DNA of 64,000 bases from Escherichia coli (GTDB lineage: Bacteria; Pseudomonadota; Gammaproteobacteria; Enterobacterales; Enterobacteriaceae), in NCBI RefSeq assembly GCF_045037415.1, contig NZ_CP173440.1; one strand, given 5' to 3'. The translations under genes were made by a program, and so were the position numbers. This document shows positions 54,222-63,961 of this stretch, in pieces. The notes beneath the pieces were generated by a model, which was given only the letters and a program-made list of their open reading frames with translations, was not told the origin of the DNA and made no database searches. Position 1 is the stretch's first letter. The number at the start of each line of letters is the position of its first letter.

Positions 54222-55651
54222 CTATTTAATAATTTCTGACAGGGCCTGACCTGCTTTCTGAATATAAACTGGTTGCGAGACCTCACCCAGCTGATTGGCA
54301 ACCATCCGGGTTTCATAATGACTGGCAGTTAATACCAGAGCTGGCCCGTGAATACAGGACAGTTGTTCAACTACTGCCTTTAACCATTGACCTGAAAATA
54401 TCTGTTCTTTCGGGTCATCGAACACCTTTGGAAAATCAGCACCGGCGATGGTCAGCTTCATTGAGCCATAGACGTCTGGGGAGAATATTTTCCTGATTGA
54501 AATCGTATCGCTGGTTAACCCCAGAGCTTTACATAACCACTCCATTCCGGTCTCTGGGGTACTGGTAATAGAGAGGGTAGCCGACGTCAGTAACGCACTA
54601 CGCCACTGAGTGCAGTATCTGCCCACATTCATCCCGATAAACGGGTTTACAGCGATCAGGGCTGGTTCACGACGTTTATTGGAAACGCCTACGCCCTTTT
54701 GCCCCCGGACAATCCGAGCATATCCCTGCTGTAGATACAGTCAAAGAAAGCTTTCCGGGCCGCTTCATTTTTTATTTTCCGCCCTACCTTTGATAAGGCG
54801 TTAAAGCTATTGTCAAACAAGGCAACCGCTGCAGGCGTACTACAAAAATGCAGATCGCCCGCTATCGAAGTCACGTCGTTCATTAACTGGTCGATGACAT
54901 GCACGCCATTACGTGGAATATGTTCATTGAACGCACTAGTCAACTCTCTGAGGTTGAAGCGCCGCTGTTTCCAGACCTCAAGCATATCTACAAAAATGTC
55001 TGCCTCATCAATAATGAGGTACATATTTTCTTTGTCACCGAGGATGCGGTGATTACACATACAGTCGACCATTACCATCGCATGGGTCGTAACAATAAAG
55101 TTAGCACTGAGAGCATTCAGGCGAATATCATCAATGTCCTGTATATCATCCCAGATGGAGTAGGTGACCATCTCTGGCGTGATCTGCGCTGGCAGTTCAC
55201 CATACTCTTCTTCAAACTCAACCAGAGGTTTTGACCAGTTAGCGAGTTTTTCAAGGACCTTAACCGTATCCAGATCGGTAAATTCGTCCATGAGTAACAG
55301 TCCACGTACTTTCTCCAGGGATACGTAATTTACTTTCCCCATAAGCCGGGAAAAAGTAACTTTTATGCCGCATTGTTCAGCTATCTGTTCAAGGAGAGGA
55401 CGATCGCTTCTGAATATCTGGTGCATCAGTGCATGAGAATTCGTGGCAATCACAAATTTTGCCTCAGGGTTTTTCAGCAGAATCAGAAGCGCCGGTACCA
55501 GATAGCCCAGCGTTTTTCCTACACCTGTTTCAGCACTAATCAGTGCAACTTTATGATCCTGAGTCAGTGCACCAGCTGCAGCCTCGATATAATCCTGTTG
55601 GACCTTACGTAACGACAATCCGGCAGACTCAAATACCGCTGATGTATTCAT
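54222..55651 (-). pseudogene. DinG/Rad3-like SF2 helicase, frameshifted and C-terminally truncated
   Basis: Walker A ETGVGKT and LIIDEAD in ORF 54689..55684; LLTSATLS in ORF 54222..54632 in a different frame. The gene ends against IS-derived DNA. Confidence 0.5.
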
Positions 55652-55653
55652 GA

Positions 55654-56220
55654 CTACTGCCCCGCCAGATGCATGAAACCGCAACCAAATACGCGTTTAG
55701 GGCCTACGCCATAAACGATTCCCACTTCAGCTTCCTGTTGATTGCTGATTATGGCGGTACCCTGTACCGTGAATACGGGTAGCGTAAAACCACGTCCAGC
55801 ATTTCCTTTGTCGATATGGACGAATTTCGGGCCACTGACGACGATTTGACCGGGTTTAAACCCAGCCTTCGCTAATTTGGTGAGGGCCAACTGATAACTA
55901 GCCTCTTCAGATGGAGCAAACTGGCGTCGGCCACGGCCTTCTGACTTTGTTCCTTTATGAAAGATGGCCATTAACGTAATGAACTTGATTTCATGGCCCT
56001 CAGAGAGAATAAGCTCTCTTTTTTTCTCCCCAGGCAACTCCAGAGCTGTAGCTGTGCGGACCAGGAGTAACGAATCATCCCCGGTACCGGGAAAAATTTT
56101 AAAAGAGTACGGCAGCTTCTCTCCCTTACGTTCCTGCATGAAAAAATCCAGGTGCTGGTGGATCTGGTAAACACTTGTGTGACGGATACGCAACCGAAAC
56201 GCATTATCGTAGTAAATCAT
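55654..56220 (-). CDS. hypothetical protein, translationally coupled upstream of the helicase gene
   Basis: 188-aa ORF; stop overlaps the probable helicase start (ATGA). Confidence 0.35.
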   Translation of the reverse strand: MIYYDNAFRLRIRHTSVYQIHQHLDFFMQERKGEKLPYSFKIFPGTGDDSLLLVRTATALELPGEKKRELILSEGHEIKFITLMAIFHKGTKSEGRGRRQFAPSEEASYQLALTKLAKAGFKPGQIVVSGPKFVHIDKGNAGRGFTLPVFTVQGTAIISNQQEAEVGIVYGVGPKRVFGCGFMHLAGQ

Positions 56221-56276
56221 GGTTATACCTTTTTCAAGAGGTGCAAAATGCTCAGGCGTTGATGGGGATCAGTCGG

Positions 56277-57332
56277 GGCTTTGTTGAATAAATAAGATTT
56301 CGTGCGAACGACCCTGTAGCTGGCTGGATTTTCAGGCAATACGCACGCTTTCTGGCATCCCAGCCTTTGTCATCCTGTTCAACGCACGCACCATGGCCAT
56401 AGCTTCCGCTACCTGACCATCGTAGTCACGCAGCGTCAGTGAATCTCCCAACAACTGCTTCATTCTGTACATTGCCGTTTCCGCTATCGAGCGACGGTTA
56501 TATTCCGTTGTCCATTTCCACCGTGCATTGCTTCCGCTCAGCCGCTGATTAGCAACGGCACGGTTGCGGTCTGCGTACTCACCGGGCCAGTAACCTGCTC
56601 CTTTTCGGGGAGGAATAAGCGCGCTGATTTTTTTGCGGCGCATTTCATCGTGACAAAGCCGTGTATCGTAAGCCCCGTCTGCCGCGGCTGCCCTGATTTT
56701 TCTGTGAGTCTGCCGGATAAGGCCCGGGAAGGCTTCTGAGTCCGTGACGTTATTCAGCGACAGGTCTGCACAGACAACTTCATGTGTGTTGCTGTCAACA
56801 GCAAGATGCAACTTTCGCCAGATACGACGGCGCTCTTTGCCGTGCTTTCTGACTTTCCATTCGCCTTCACCAAAGACCTTCAGCCCGGTGGAATCAATCA
56901 CCAGGTGTGCGATTTCACCCCGGGTGGACGTTTTGAAACTGACATTAACCGACTTTGCCCGCTTACTGACACTGGTGTAATCCGGGCAGCGCAACGGAAC
57001 GTTCATCAGGGCAAAAATGGAATCAATAAAACCCTGCGCAGCCCGCAGGGTCAGCCGGAATACGCGTTTAATCACCAGAACGGTGGTGATGGCGAGATCA
57101 GAATAGCGCTGGGGCCTTCCTCGTGATGAAGGCGTTGCCGACTCATACCAGGCCTGAATCGCCTCATCATCCAGCCAGAAAGTGAGGGAGCCACGGTTGA
57201 TGAGAGCTTTGTTGTAAGTGGACCAGTTGGTGATTCTGAACTTTTGCTTTGCCACGGAATGGTCTGAGTTGTCGGGAGGATGCGTGATCTGATCCTTCAA
57301 CTCAGCAAAAGTTCGATTTATTCAACAAAGCC
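56277..57332 (-). mobile_element. IS903 (IS5 family), 1056 bp, no target-site duplication
   Basis: Terminal inverted repeats GGCTTTGTTGAATAAAT at both ends; flanking 9-mers differ. Confidence 0.95.
56332..57300 (-). CDS. IS903 transposase
   Basis: Near-identical to IS903/IS102 transposase (…KFRITNWSTYNKALINRGSLTFWLDDEAIQAWY…). Confidence 0.95.
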   Translation of the reverse strand: MKDQITHPPDNSDHSVAKQKFRITNWSTYNKALINRGSLTFWLDDEAIQAWYESATPSSRGRPQRYSDLAITTVLVIKRVFRLTLRAAQGFIDSIFALMNVPLRCPDYTSVSKRAKSVNVSFKTSTRGEIAHLVIDSTGLKVFGEGEWKVRKHGKERRRIWRKLHLAVDSNTHEVVCADLSLNNVTDSEAFPGLIRQTHRKIRAAAADGAYDTRLCHDEMRRKKISALIPPRKGAGYWPGEYADRNRAVANQRLSGSNARWKWTTEYNRRSIAETAMYRMKQLLGDSLTLRDYDGQVAEAMAMVRALNRMTKAGMPESVRIA

Positions 57333-57543
57333 CTTTGACATGCACAATTATTGTCTGCCCAATAGTCCGATAGTTAGCCTGTTTACAAAAACTGTTGCTG
57401 GTCATACTGGTGCTTTATTCCCGGTTAAGCGGGCTAGTTAACCCAGAGTGATGAACCATCCTGGAGTGGCAGATAAAGCAGAAAGAATGGATTTGTTGCC
57501 CTGATTTTTTCCGAATCTAAATAAAGATTAGCTTAATCACTCG

Positions 57544-57561
57544 TTGTTATGTTATAACATT
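57544..57561. promoter_or_regulatory. Zur-box-like operator
   Basis: TTGTTATGTTATAACATT, the best match to the window consensus. Confidence 0.55.
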
Positions 57562-57565
57562 AAAT

Positions 57566-57817
57566 TAGCAATATTCTCAGCCAGCAGCACGGCCTGTGGG
57601 GGGCGGTTATTGAGAACGAATTCGGTGAAATCTGTATAGATGATGCATTGGTTATCAATGCAGATGAAGAAGTCTTCGAGATGAATAATGGCTGCATCTG
57701 CTGCACGGTGCGAGGAGATTTGATTCATATCCTGAGTCGTCTGATGTACCGCCGCGATAAATTTGACCGTATTCTGATCGAATTCCACCGGGATGGCCAA
57801 TCTACTGAGTGAAGCAA
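57566..57817 (+). pseudogene. COG0523 GTPase fragment (CxCC region only)
   Basis: Unannotated plus-strand frame reads …VIENEFGEICIDDALV…EEVFEMNNGCICCTVRGDL… The P-loop N-terminus and the C-terminal domain are absent. Confidence 0.5.
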
Positions 57818-57999
57818 ATGAAGAGAGAGCCGCTAACGATCCTGAATGGTTTTCTTAGTCCTAGTAAAAACATGCGGTTAAAAATTTGTTAATGCAGACA
57901 CCTCAACCACAATTTCGATGTGCGTCATCGTGAACGATTTGAGCGGACAGGATGTCGGCGGCGTCCTGATTGCCAGTATAGAAATCAAGAAGGAACACC

Positions 58000-58827
58000 A
58001 TGAAGCGCAATACCGTAAGTAATCTGACAGAAAAAGATGATTTTGATACGCTGGAAAGTATTCTCAGCGTTAATATTCATTCTCTGTTGCGGCCAGACGG
58101 CGGGACGTTGCTTTCTGACGTCCATTTTGCGGTCAAAGCAGGAGAATGTCTGGCCATTATCGGGCCTAACGGCAGCGGTAAAACTTCCCTCGTGAGAGCG
58201 ATTAGTCAGGAACTGACCCATCTAAAGGGGGACATTCTTCTGCGGGGCCGTTCTATGTCTGCTTTATCCCGTCAACAGCGAGCCCGGCTGGTTGCTGTTT
58301 TGGCCCAGAATGATACACCTGATACGAGATTATCCCTTGAGGATTATGTAGCGCTGGGGCGTATCCCTCATGCCGGGGATGTACCGCGTAATGTACATGA
58401 CGCGATTGTAGCAAATGCCATTAAAGAAACCGGATTACAACGGCTACGCAGGCGGTCACTTTTATCGCTTTCCGGCGGCGAAAGACAACGAGCGGCGCTG
58501 GCACGGGTACTGGCACAGACGCCCGACCTGGTATTGCTTGATGAACCCACCAATCATCTCGATCCTCCCGGGCGCGAGGAACTGCTTTCCCTTGTAAAAA
58601 ACAAGGGGATTGCCGTCGTGGCGGTGTTGCACGATCTGACACTGACAGAATCATTTGCTGACCGTGTTCTCCTCTTGTCGCAGGGGCAATCAGTGATCTG
58701 TGACACACCGGAGAAGGTATTGGTATCAGAATACCTTTATCCCGTTTTTGGCTTGACCAGTTTTACCGTACCGCATCCCCATACAGGAAAGGCGTTGCGT
58801 ATTTTTGAAGTTCCGCATTATGTATAA
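58000..58827 (+). CDS. ABC transporter ATP-binding protein (FecE/FhuC/BtuD-like)
   Basis: GPNGSGKTS, LSGGERQR, LLDEPT. Confidence 0.8.
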   Translation: MKRNTVSNLTEKDDFDTLESILSVNIHSLLRPDGGTLLSDVHFAVKAGECLAIIGPNGSGKTSLVRAISQELTHLKGDILLRGRSMSALSRQQRARLVAVLAQNDTPDTRLSLEDYVALGRIPHAGDVPRNVHDAIVANAIKETGLQRLRRRSLLSLSGGERQRAALARVLAQTPDLVLLDEPTNHLDPPGREELLSLVKNKGIAVVAVLHDLTLTESFADRVLLLSQGQSVICDTPEKVLVSEYLYPVFGLTSFTVPHPHTGKALRIFEVPHYV

Positions 58828-58845
58828 ATTACTTTCCGAGAGTCA

Positions 58846-59805
58846 GTGATGAAAAAATTGTTTATATCCCTGCTGTCGGTACTGTCTGCTTCAGTAGCCA
58901 GTGCTGCCGATTTTCCTGTTACTATTGAAAGTTGTGGGACTCCTGTAACATTCTCCGGCCCGCCGAAAAGGGCTGTGATCAACGACCTTAATATGGCAGA
59001 GATGGCGTTTGCACTGGATTTGCAGGATCGTATTGTTGGGCTGACCGGTATTAGTGGCTGGTACAAAATGACGCCGGAATTTAAAAAGGCGATGGGCTCG
59101 ATCCCTGAACTGGCACCCAAATATCCCACCCTGGAAACATTGCTGGCAGCCGAGCCTGATTTCTTTTTCGCTGGCTGGAACTATGGAATGAAAGTAGGCG
59201 GCGAAGTGACGCCGGATACGTTAAGCAAATATGGCATCAAGACTTTCGTTCTGAGTGAAAGCTGTGTGTTCACCACTGCGCACAAAAATAAAGCCACGAT
59301 GGATCTGCTGTATAACGATATCCTCACGCTGGGTAAGATTTTTGGCAAGCGCAATGACGCACTGTCCCTAGTCAGCGGCTGGCAAAAGAGGCTGAGTGAA
59401 CTGCCGAAGCCAGCGGCAGGTACCCGTCCTTTAAAGGTGTTCGTCTACGACTCAGGTGAGGATAAACCGTTTACCAGTGGTAAATATGCGATGCCTACGG
59501 CCATGATTGAGGCGGCTGGTGGTAAAAATGCAATGGAGGCGCTGGATACCAGTTGGGGAACGACGTCTTGGGAAAGCGTGGCCGCTACTGAGCCGGACTT
59601 CATTATTTTGTTAGATTACCAGACGGGCAGCGGTGCGGATACACTGCGTCATTTTCTTGAGAATCATCCGTTAATGAAACTGACTCCGGCTGTTCAGCAT
59701 CATCGATACCTGAAATTACAATATGCTGAACTGACGCCGGGACCAGCTAATGTTGGTGCGGTGGAAAAACTCGCGTGGGCAATGTACCCGACAGAAGCGA
59801 AGTGA
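58846..59805 (+). CDS. class III periplasmic binding protein (FecB/FhuD/BtuF-like)
   Basis: Signal peptide; size and pattern of chelate/cobalamin-type binding proteins. Confidence 0.65.
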   Translation: MMKKLFISLLSVLSASVASAADFPVTIESCGTPVTFSGPPKRAVINDLNMAEMAFALDLQDRIVGLTGISGWYKMTPEFKKAMGSIPELAPKYPTLETLLAAEPDFFFAGWNYGMKVGGEVTPDTLSKYGIKTFVLSESCVFTTAHKNKATMDLLYNDILTLGKIFGKRNDALSLVSGWQKRLSELPKPAAGTRPLKVFVYDSGEDKPFTSGKYAMPTAMIEAAGGKNAMEALDTSWGTTSWESVAATEPDFIILLDYQTGSGADTLRHFLENHPLMKLTPAVQHHRYLKLQYAELTPGPANVGAVEKLAWAMYPTEAK

Positions 59806-60809
59806 TGCTCATGTCGTACCGTTATCACTGGGTGATGTGGGGATCGATGGTCGTGCTGATTGGGTTAATGTTATTCAGCATAACCAGAGGGACAGTCTCA
59901 CTGTCGCTAATGCAGGTGCTGGGTGCACTGAAGATTGTGGATGAGCCGGTATCTGCCATGGTCAGCAGAATTGTGACGGATTTACGCGTACCGAGGATGT
60001 TGCTCTCTGTGCTGACAGGGGCGGGACTGGCAATGGTAGGGGCATTGTTACAAACTACCACCCGTAACGATCTGGCTGATCCTTTTTTATTCGGGTTATC
60101 CTCCGGTGCGTCAGCAGGAGCGGTGCTGGTGATCACCCGTTTTGGTGATCGACTAGGAGTATTAACGCTCCCCGTATCGGCGTTTGTTGGTGGTGTGTGT
60201 TCCGCCATAGCAGTAATGCTGTTATTTCATTTTAAAAAGCAACGCGGAGCTGAGCATCTAATTCTCTGCGGTCTTGCCATCTCTTTTTTGTTCGGGGCGC
60301 TGACTAGTTATTTTATTTTTTCGGGCGATCAGCGAGCCGCCAGCTCAGTGCTTTTCTGGTCACTGGGTGGCCTGGGATTAGCCACCTGGAATAATTTGCC
60401 TTTTGCAGTGTTCAGCCTGGTATTGCTGTTTGCCTTTGTCCTGTTGCGGTGGCGCTCTCTGGATGGTGTGCTGGCAGGAGAACAAACAGCGTTGTCGCTG
60501 GGGATTAACGTGAGTCGTCTGCGCATCGAGATTTTTCTTTGTTGTGCACTGGCAACATCGTTGATGGTGGCATTAACCGGCGTGATTGGATTTGTTGGCT
60601 TAATGGTGCCTCATCTGTGTCGGCATTTTGCAGGAGTTAAGCATCTGTTGTTGTTACCTCTGTGTGGCGTCTGGGGTGCAATATTACTGTGTGTCGGCGA
60701 TATAGTCAGCCGGACGATACTGGCACCACAGGAACTACCAATTGGCATTATTACGGCGGGCATTGGAGGGTTGTTTATTATCATGTTACTCGCGCGAAAC
60801 TCGCCCTAG
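59805..60809 (+). CDS. FecCD-family ABC permease
   Basis: Multi-TM protein with FecCD-like motifs; TGATG stop/start overlap with the binding-protein gene. Confidence 0.7.
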   Translation: MLMSYRYHWVMWGSMVVLIGLMLFSITRGTVSLSLMQVLGALKIVDEPVSAMVSRIVTDLRVPRMLLSVLTGAGLAMVGALLQTTTRNDLADPFLFGLSSGASAGAVLVITRFGDRLGVLTLPVSAFVGGVCSAIAVMLLFHFKKQRGAEHLILCGLAISFLFGALTSYFIFSGDQRAASSVLFWSLGGLGLATWNNLPFAVFSLVLLFAFVLLRWRSLDGVLAGEQTALSLGINVSRLRIEIFLCCALATSLMVALTGVIGFVGLMVPHLCRHFAGVKHLLLLPLCGVWGAILLCVGDIVSRTILAPQELPIGIITAGIGGLFIIMLLARNSP

Positions 60810-61129
60810 AGAATATGGGCGATTACTCGCCGGGCCTCCTGTAATTTTCAAGCGATGTTATGAAACGATGGTAATCTAACTGATGGTTTGAGCGTGCCAT
60901 GTAAGTAAAGAAGAACTGGCAAACCTTAATGTTGCATTATATCATAACAAATGATAAGTGAGGCCCAATGTTTCTCTTACTGGTCGTGCTCCCAAGCATG
61001 CCTTTGGCGAAAAGGTTAGACCTCAGGCTGCGTTCAGCAACTACATGATATCTGTCTGGATTGTGACGGAGATGCGGTACTACTGCTTGTGGTTCAAAAA
61101 GGTGAAGCCTGCCACACAAGTCGGCGGAG

Positions 61130-61552
61130 TTGTTTTTACAACGCTACCGCCGGCCTTTTCATCCGACCCGTTTCTGGCAGGTGATGGAAAATGAGCTGGA
61201 TGAAGTCGTCAGATCAAAAGGTTACTTCTGGCTGGCCAGCCGTCCGGAATTCGCAGGTTCATGGTCACAGGCTGGTGGCATTGCGCGCCAGGCGCTGGGG
61301 GGCATGTGGTGGGCGAGTGTGCCGAAAGAACGTTGGCTAGAGGATGCTGAGTCACTGAAGTTCATCATGTCTAACTGGATAGATGGCATTGGTGATGCCC
61401 GTCAGGAACTCGTTTTTATTGGAATGGATATGAATGAATCAAAACTGCGCAACAGACTGGATTCCGCCCTGTTAACGGATGCAGAAATGGCTGAAGGGCC
61501 TCAAAATTGGCGGCATTATCCCGATCCTGTTGAGCCTTGGTTCGAAGAATGA
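61130..61552 (+). pseudogene. C-terminal fragment of a COG0523 gene (about 95% identical to the C-terminus of the 30714..31937 product)
   Basis: …[18 protein letters not shown]…PVEPWFEE aligns to the C-terminus of the 30714..31937 protein; no N-terminal GTPase domain. Confidence 0.6.
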
Positions 61553-62179
61553 ATCGAAGGCACCCGTATTTGTCGGGTGCCTTCGTATGAGGGCGAAAAA
61601 GGGGCCATTTTTTAGCCCTTCTTCAGAATCACTCATATTAGAAAAAATACCTTTGTGATTATAAATCCTCATTAGTTTTGATGTGAAACTATTATGCATT
61701 ACCCCATCGCCAAGTATGGTTGCCCCGTAAAGTATTCCGTCCTTAGTTAAAGCAGCTTTCACGTTTTTTATGACAACACCTTTATCCACCATCGCCCCAG
61801 GAAGACAATGTAAGAGATAATACATTGATATAGAATCGAATTTACCATGTAGTTCCTCTGGATAAGATTCAAATACATTATGCTGAACTTCATACCGTAT
61901 TCTGGCTTTCCCTATCCTTGCTGATGCCGTTTTCAAACTAGCCTTATTGAGATCCATAAGTGAGATATTGTAATTTGCAGGAGCTTTGGCAAGATAATAC
62001 CCAGTTCCAACGCCAATATCTAAATGGTTAGGTCTTAAATTTTGTAAAAAATAAGGGAGCAAAATCTCTTTTGTCGGACAATGCCAAGCGTAACTGTTGG
62101 AAATGCTCAGCACCCACCAGTCATAAAGCTTCAAAGTGAATGGTGTGTAGATCTTCGTTCCTTCATCAACATTACTCAT
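61472..62179 (-). CDS. class I SAM-dependent methyltransferase paralog; 3' end altered by a junction with the COG0523 fragment
   Basis: Matches the 52377..53039 product for about 190 aa (…DIGVGTGYY…) and then diverges into sequence antisense to the COG0523 fragment. Confidence 0.45.
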   Translation of the reverse strand: MSNVDEGTKIYTPFTLKLYDWWVLSISNSYAWHCPTKEILLPYFLQNLRPNHLDIGVGTGYYLAKAPANYNISLMDLNKASLKTASARIGKARIRYEVQHNVFESYPEELHGKFDSISMYYLLHCLPGAMVDKGVVIKNVKAALTKDGILYGATILGDGVMHNSFTSKLMRIYNHKGIFSNMSDSEEGLKNGPFFALIRRHPTNTGAFDSFFEPRLNRIGIMPPILRPFSHFCIR

Positions 62180-62404
62180 TAGTTATACCTTGCAACAGTC
62201 AATGTGGATAAGCAGAGCATATAGCAATATGCTCAATATCTCCTTTCTATTTTATCACGATTTTTTCCACTACTTACCAAGATTTACAACAAACAACATA
62301 TTATTGCAATGCATTGCCATTTTGTTCACATACTTGGCAATTTATAAGTATATTGCATAAATATAAAGTTGACTTTTAGAGTTCTTTTTTGTAGATAAAC
62401 TCTC

Positions 62405-62540
62405 ATGGAAATATGGAAATATGGAAATATGGAAATATGGAAATATGGAAATATGGAAATATGGAAATATGGAAATATGGAAATATGGAAATATGGAAAT
62501 ATGGAAATATGGAAATATGGAAATATGGAAATATGGAAAT
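62405..62540. repeat. 17 perfect tandem copies of the 8-bp unit ATGGAAAT
   Basis: 136 bp of uninterrupted ATGGAAAT repeats in the intergenic region. Confidence 0.95.
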
Positions 62541-62665
62541 GAGGTAAGAAACAGAAGACTATAAAATTTGAAGTCAAAAATGGTAACTGAGCTCCTCCTC
62601 GTTTGGGTGCTTAGGAGATATAACTAGTGGAGAATGAAATATAACTATTACTGCAAAATAACCTG

Positions 62666-63865
62666 TTAAGCCAGCCGGGCCACTTTCGTGGGCCAGGGAT
62701 CGTGGAAAATCCCCCCCTGCTGCCACCAGAGAATTTCCTCTTCAGTGAGTAAACACTGGCGCAATGCGAGGGCAAAATCGTCAATTTCGCCGCTCTCGCC
62801 AATAACAGTCAGGCGGCAGCGCCGGTCACCAAATCTGCCCGGCATTTTTGCCAGTTGCTGACGGATAGCTGCGCGTTCTTCCTTTGTCAATGAATTATCA
62901 GTGTGAGTCAGGACCCCGGCTTTCCAGTAGCTTATGAATTCGAGATTGATGCTCCCTGCTGCCTGGTTCCACAATAATGCCAGGTCATCCCTTCCCGGTA
63001 GCCAGAAAAAACCCTTGCTGCGGTAAACGCCTGCGCCCATGAAGCGATGGCAGGTATCCCACAGCCGCTGCGGATGAAATGGGCGGTCATCCTCAATGAC
63101 CCGCCACGAAATATCATATTTTTTGTCGGGTTCATCCGACAAAACTGCATCAATTGCATCCTGAAGCTCATCGATAAGTAACGCCACCCGATGAAAATCG
63201 TAATCCGGCATGGAAAGCAATTCATCCAGCTGTAAATTTCCCCAGGGCACGGCCATAATTGCAACCTGCGGATTAAGGGGATGTATGGCTCTGGCTACCT
63301 CAGTAACAACATAGAAGGGTAATCTGTCGTTTTTGGTTAACAAGAGCTTATTACAGAACATAATCTGTTCTGCCAGCAGGCTTTCCACTCCCCGGGTCCC
63401 TCTGTTGAGGTGCTCCTGGAAAACCGGAATAAGTTTCTTTCCACCGTCGTAGTCATCATTAAGCATGACCGTATCTACAAGCGACAAAAATGCTTTAAGA
63501 CTTACCTGGGGGTGTTCTCGCAGATAGCGGACCAGGGGAAGAGGATGGCTGCTGCCTGACGTTTCCAGTAAAATAAAATCCGGAGACCGTTTTTCGAGCA
63601 GGTTTTTCAGCGCGGAATCCAGCTTCTGGATCCCACTTCTGCTGCTGATACTGTCTGCTGAAATACTCACAAAATTGTTACTGGCTGCATCAACGATTTC
63701 TGTGTTGGCTATCAGGACGCCATCCACATCAAGTTCACTCATGTCATTAACGATGACGGATACAGCCATTCGCCGTTTGTGTGCCTGTGTAAGAAGGTTT
63801 TTTAGCAGAGTAGTTTTTCCTGCTCCCAGAAAACCATTAAGGATAATGAGCGGTGTTCTTTTCAT
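62666..63865 (-). CDS. second copy of the SxSA-type COG0523 GTPase paralog
   Basis: Protein differs from the 24372..25571 product at only a handful of positions; DNA identity begins right after the stop codon (24357 / 62652). Confidence 0.8.
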   Translation of the reverse strand: MKRTPLIILNGFLGAGKTTLLKNLLTQAHKRRMAVSVIVNDMSELDVDGVLIANTEIVDAASNNFVSISADSISSRSGIQKLDSALKNLLEKRSPDFILLETSGSSHPLPLVRYLREHPQVSLKAFLSLVDTVMLNDDYDGGKKLIPVFQEHLNRGTRGVESLLAEQIMFCNKLLLTKNDRLPFYVVTEVARAIHPLNPQVAIMAVPWGNLQLDELLSMPDYDFHRVALLIDELQDAIDAVLSDEPDKKYDISWRVIEDDRPFHPQRLWDTCHRFMGAGVYRSKGFFWLPGRDDLALLWNQAAGSINLEFISYWKAGVLTHTDNSLTKEERAAIRQQLAKMPGRFGDRRCRLTVIGESGEIDDFALALRQCLLTEEEILWWQQGGIFHDPWPTKVARLA

Positions 63866-63961
63866 AGCATCCAGCCTTATGCCGCTAAACGTTAATGCAA
63901 TCAAGTTGCAATAATACCGGCTTCCTGCCAGAATTCAAATGACATGACTCGGAGGGGGAAA

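Noticed and set aside
62405-62540. Possible CRISPR array
   Set aside because: The repeats are 8 bp and directly adjacent with no spacers, and there are no cas genes; this is a microsatellite.
62326-62577. Minus-strand ORF encoding repeated FPYFHIS units
   Set aside because: It is simply the translation of the ATGGAAAT tandem array; no start context or conservation supports a gene.
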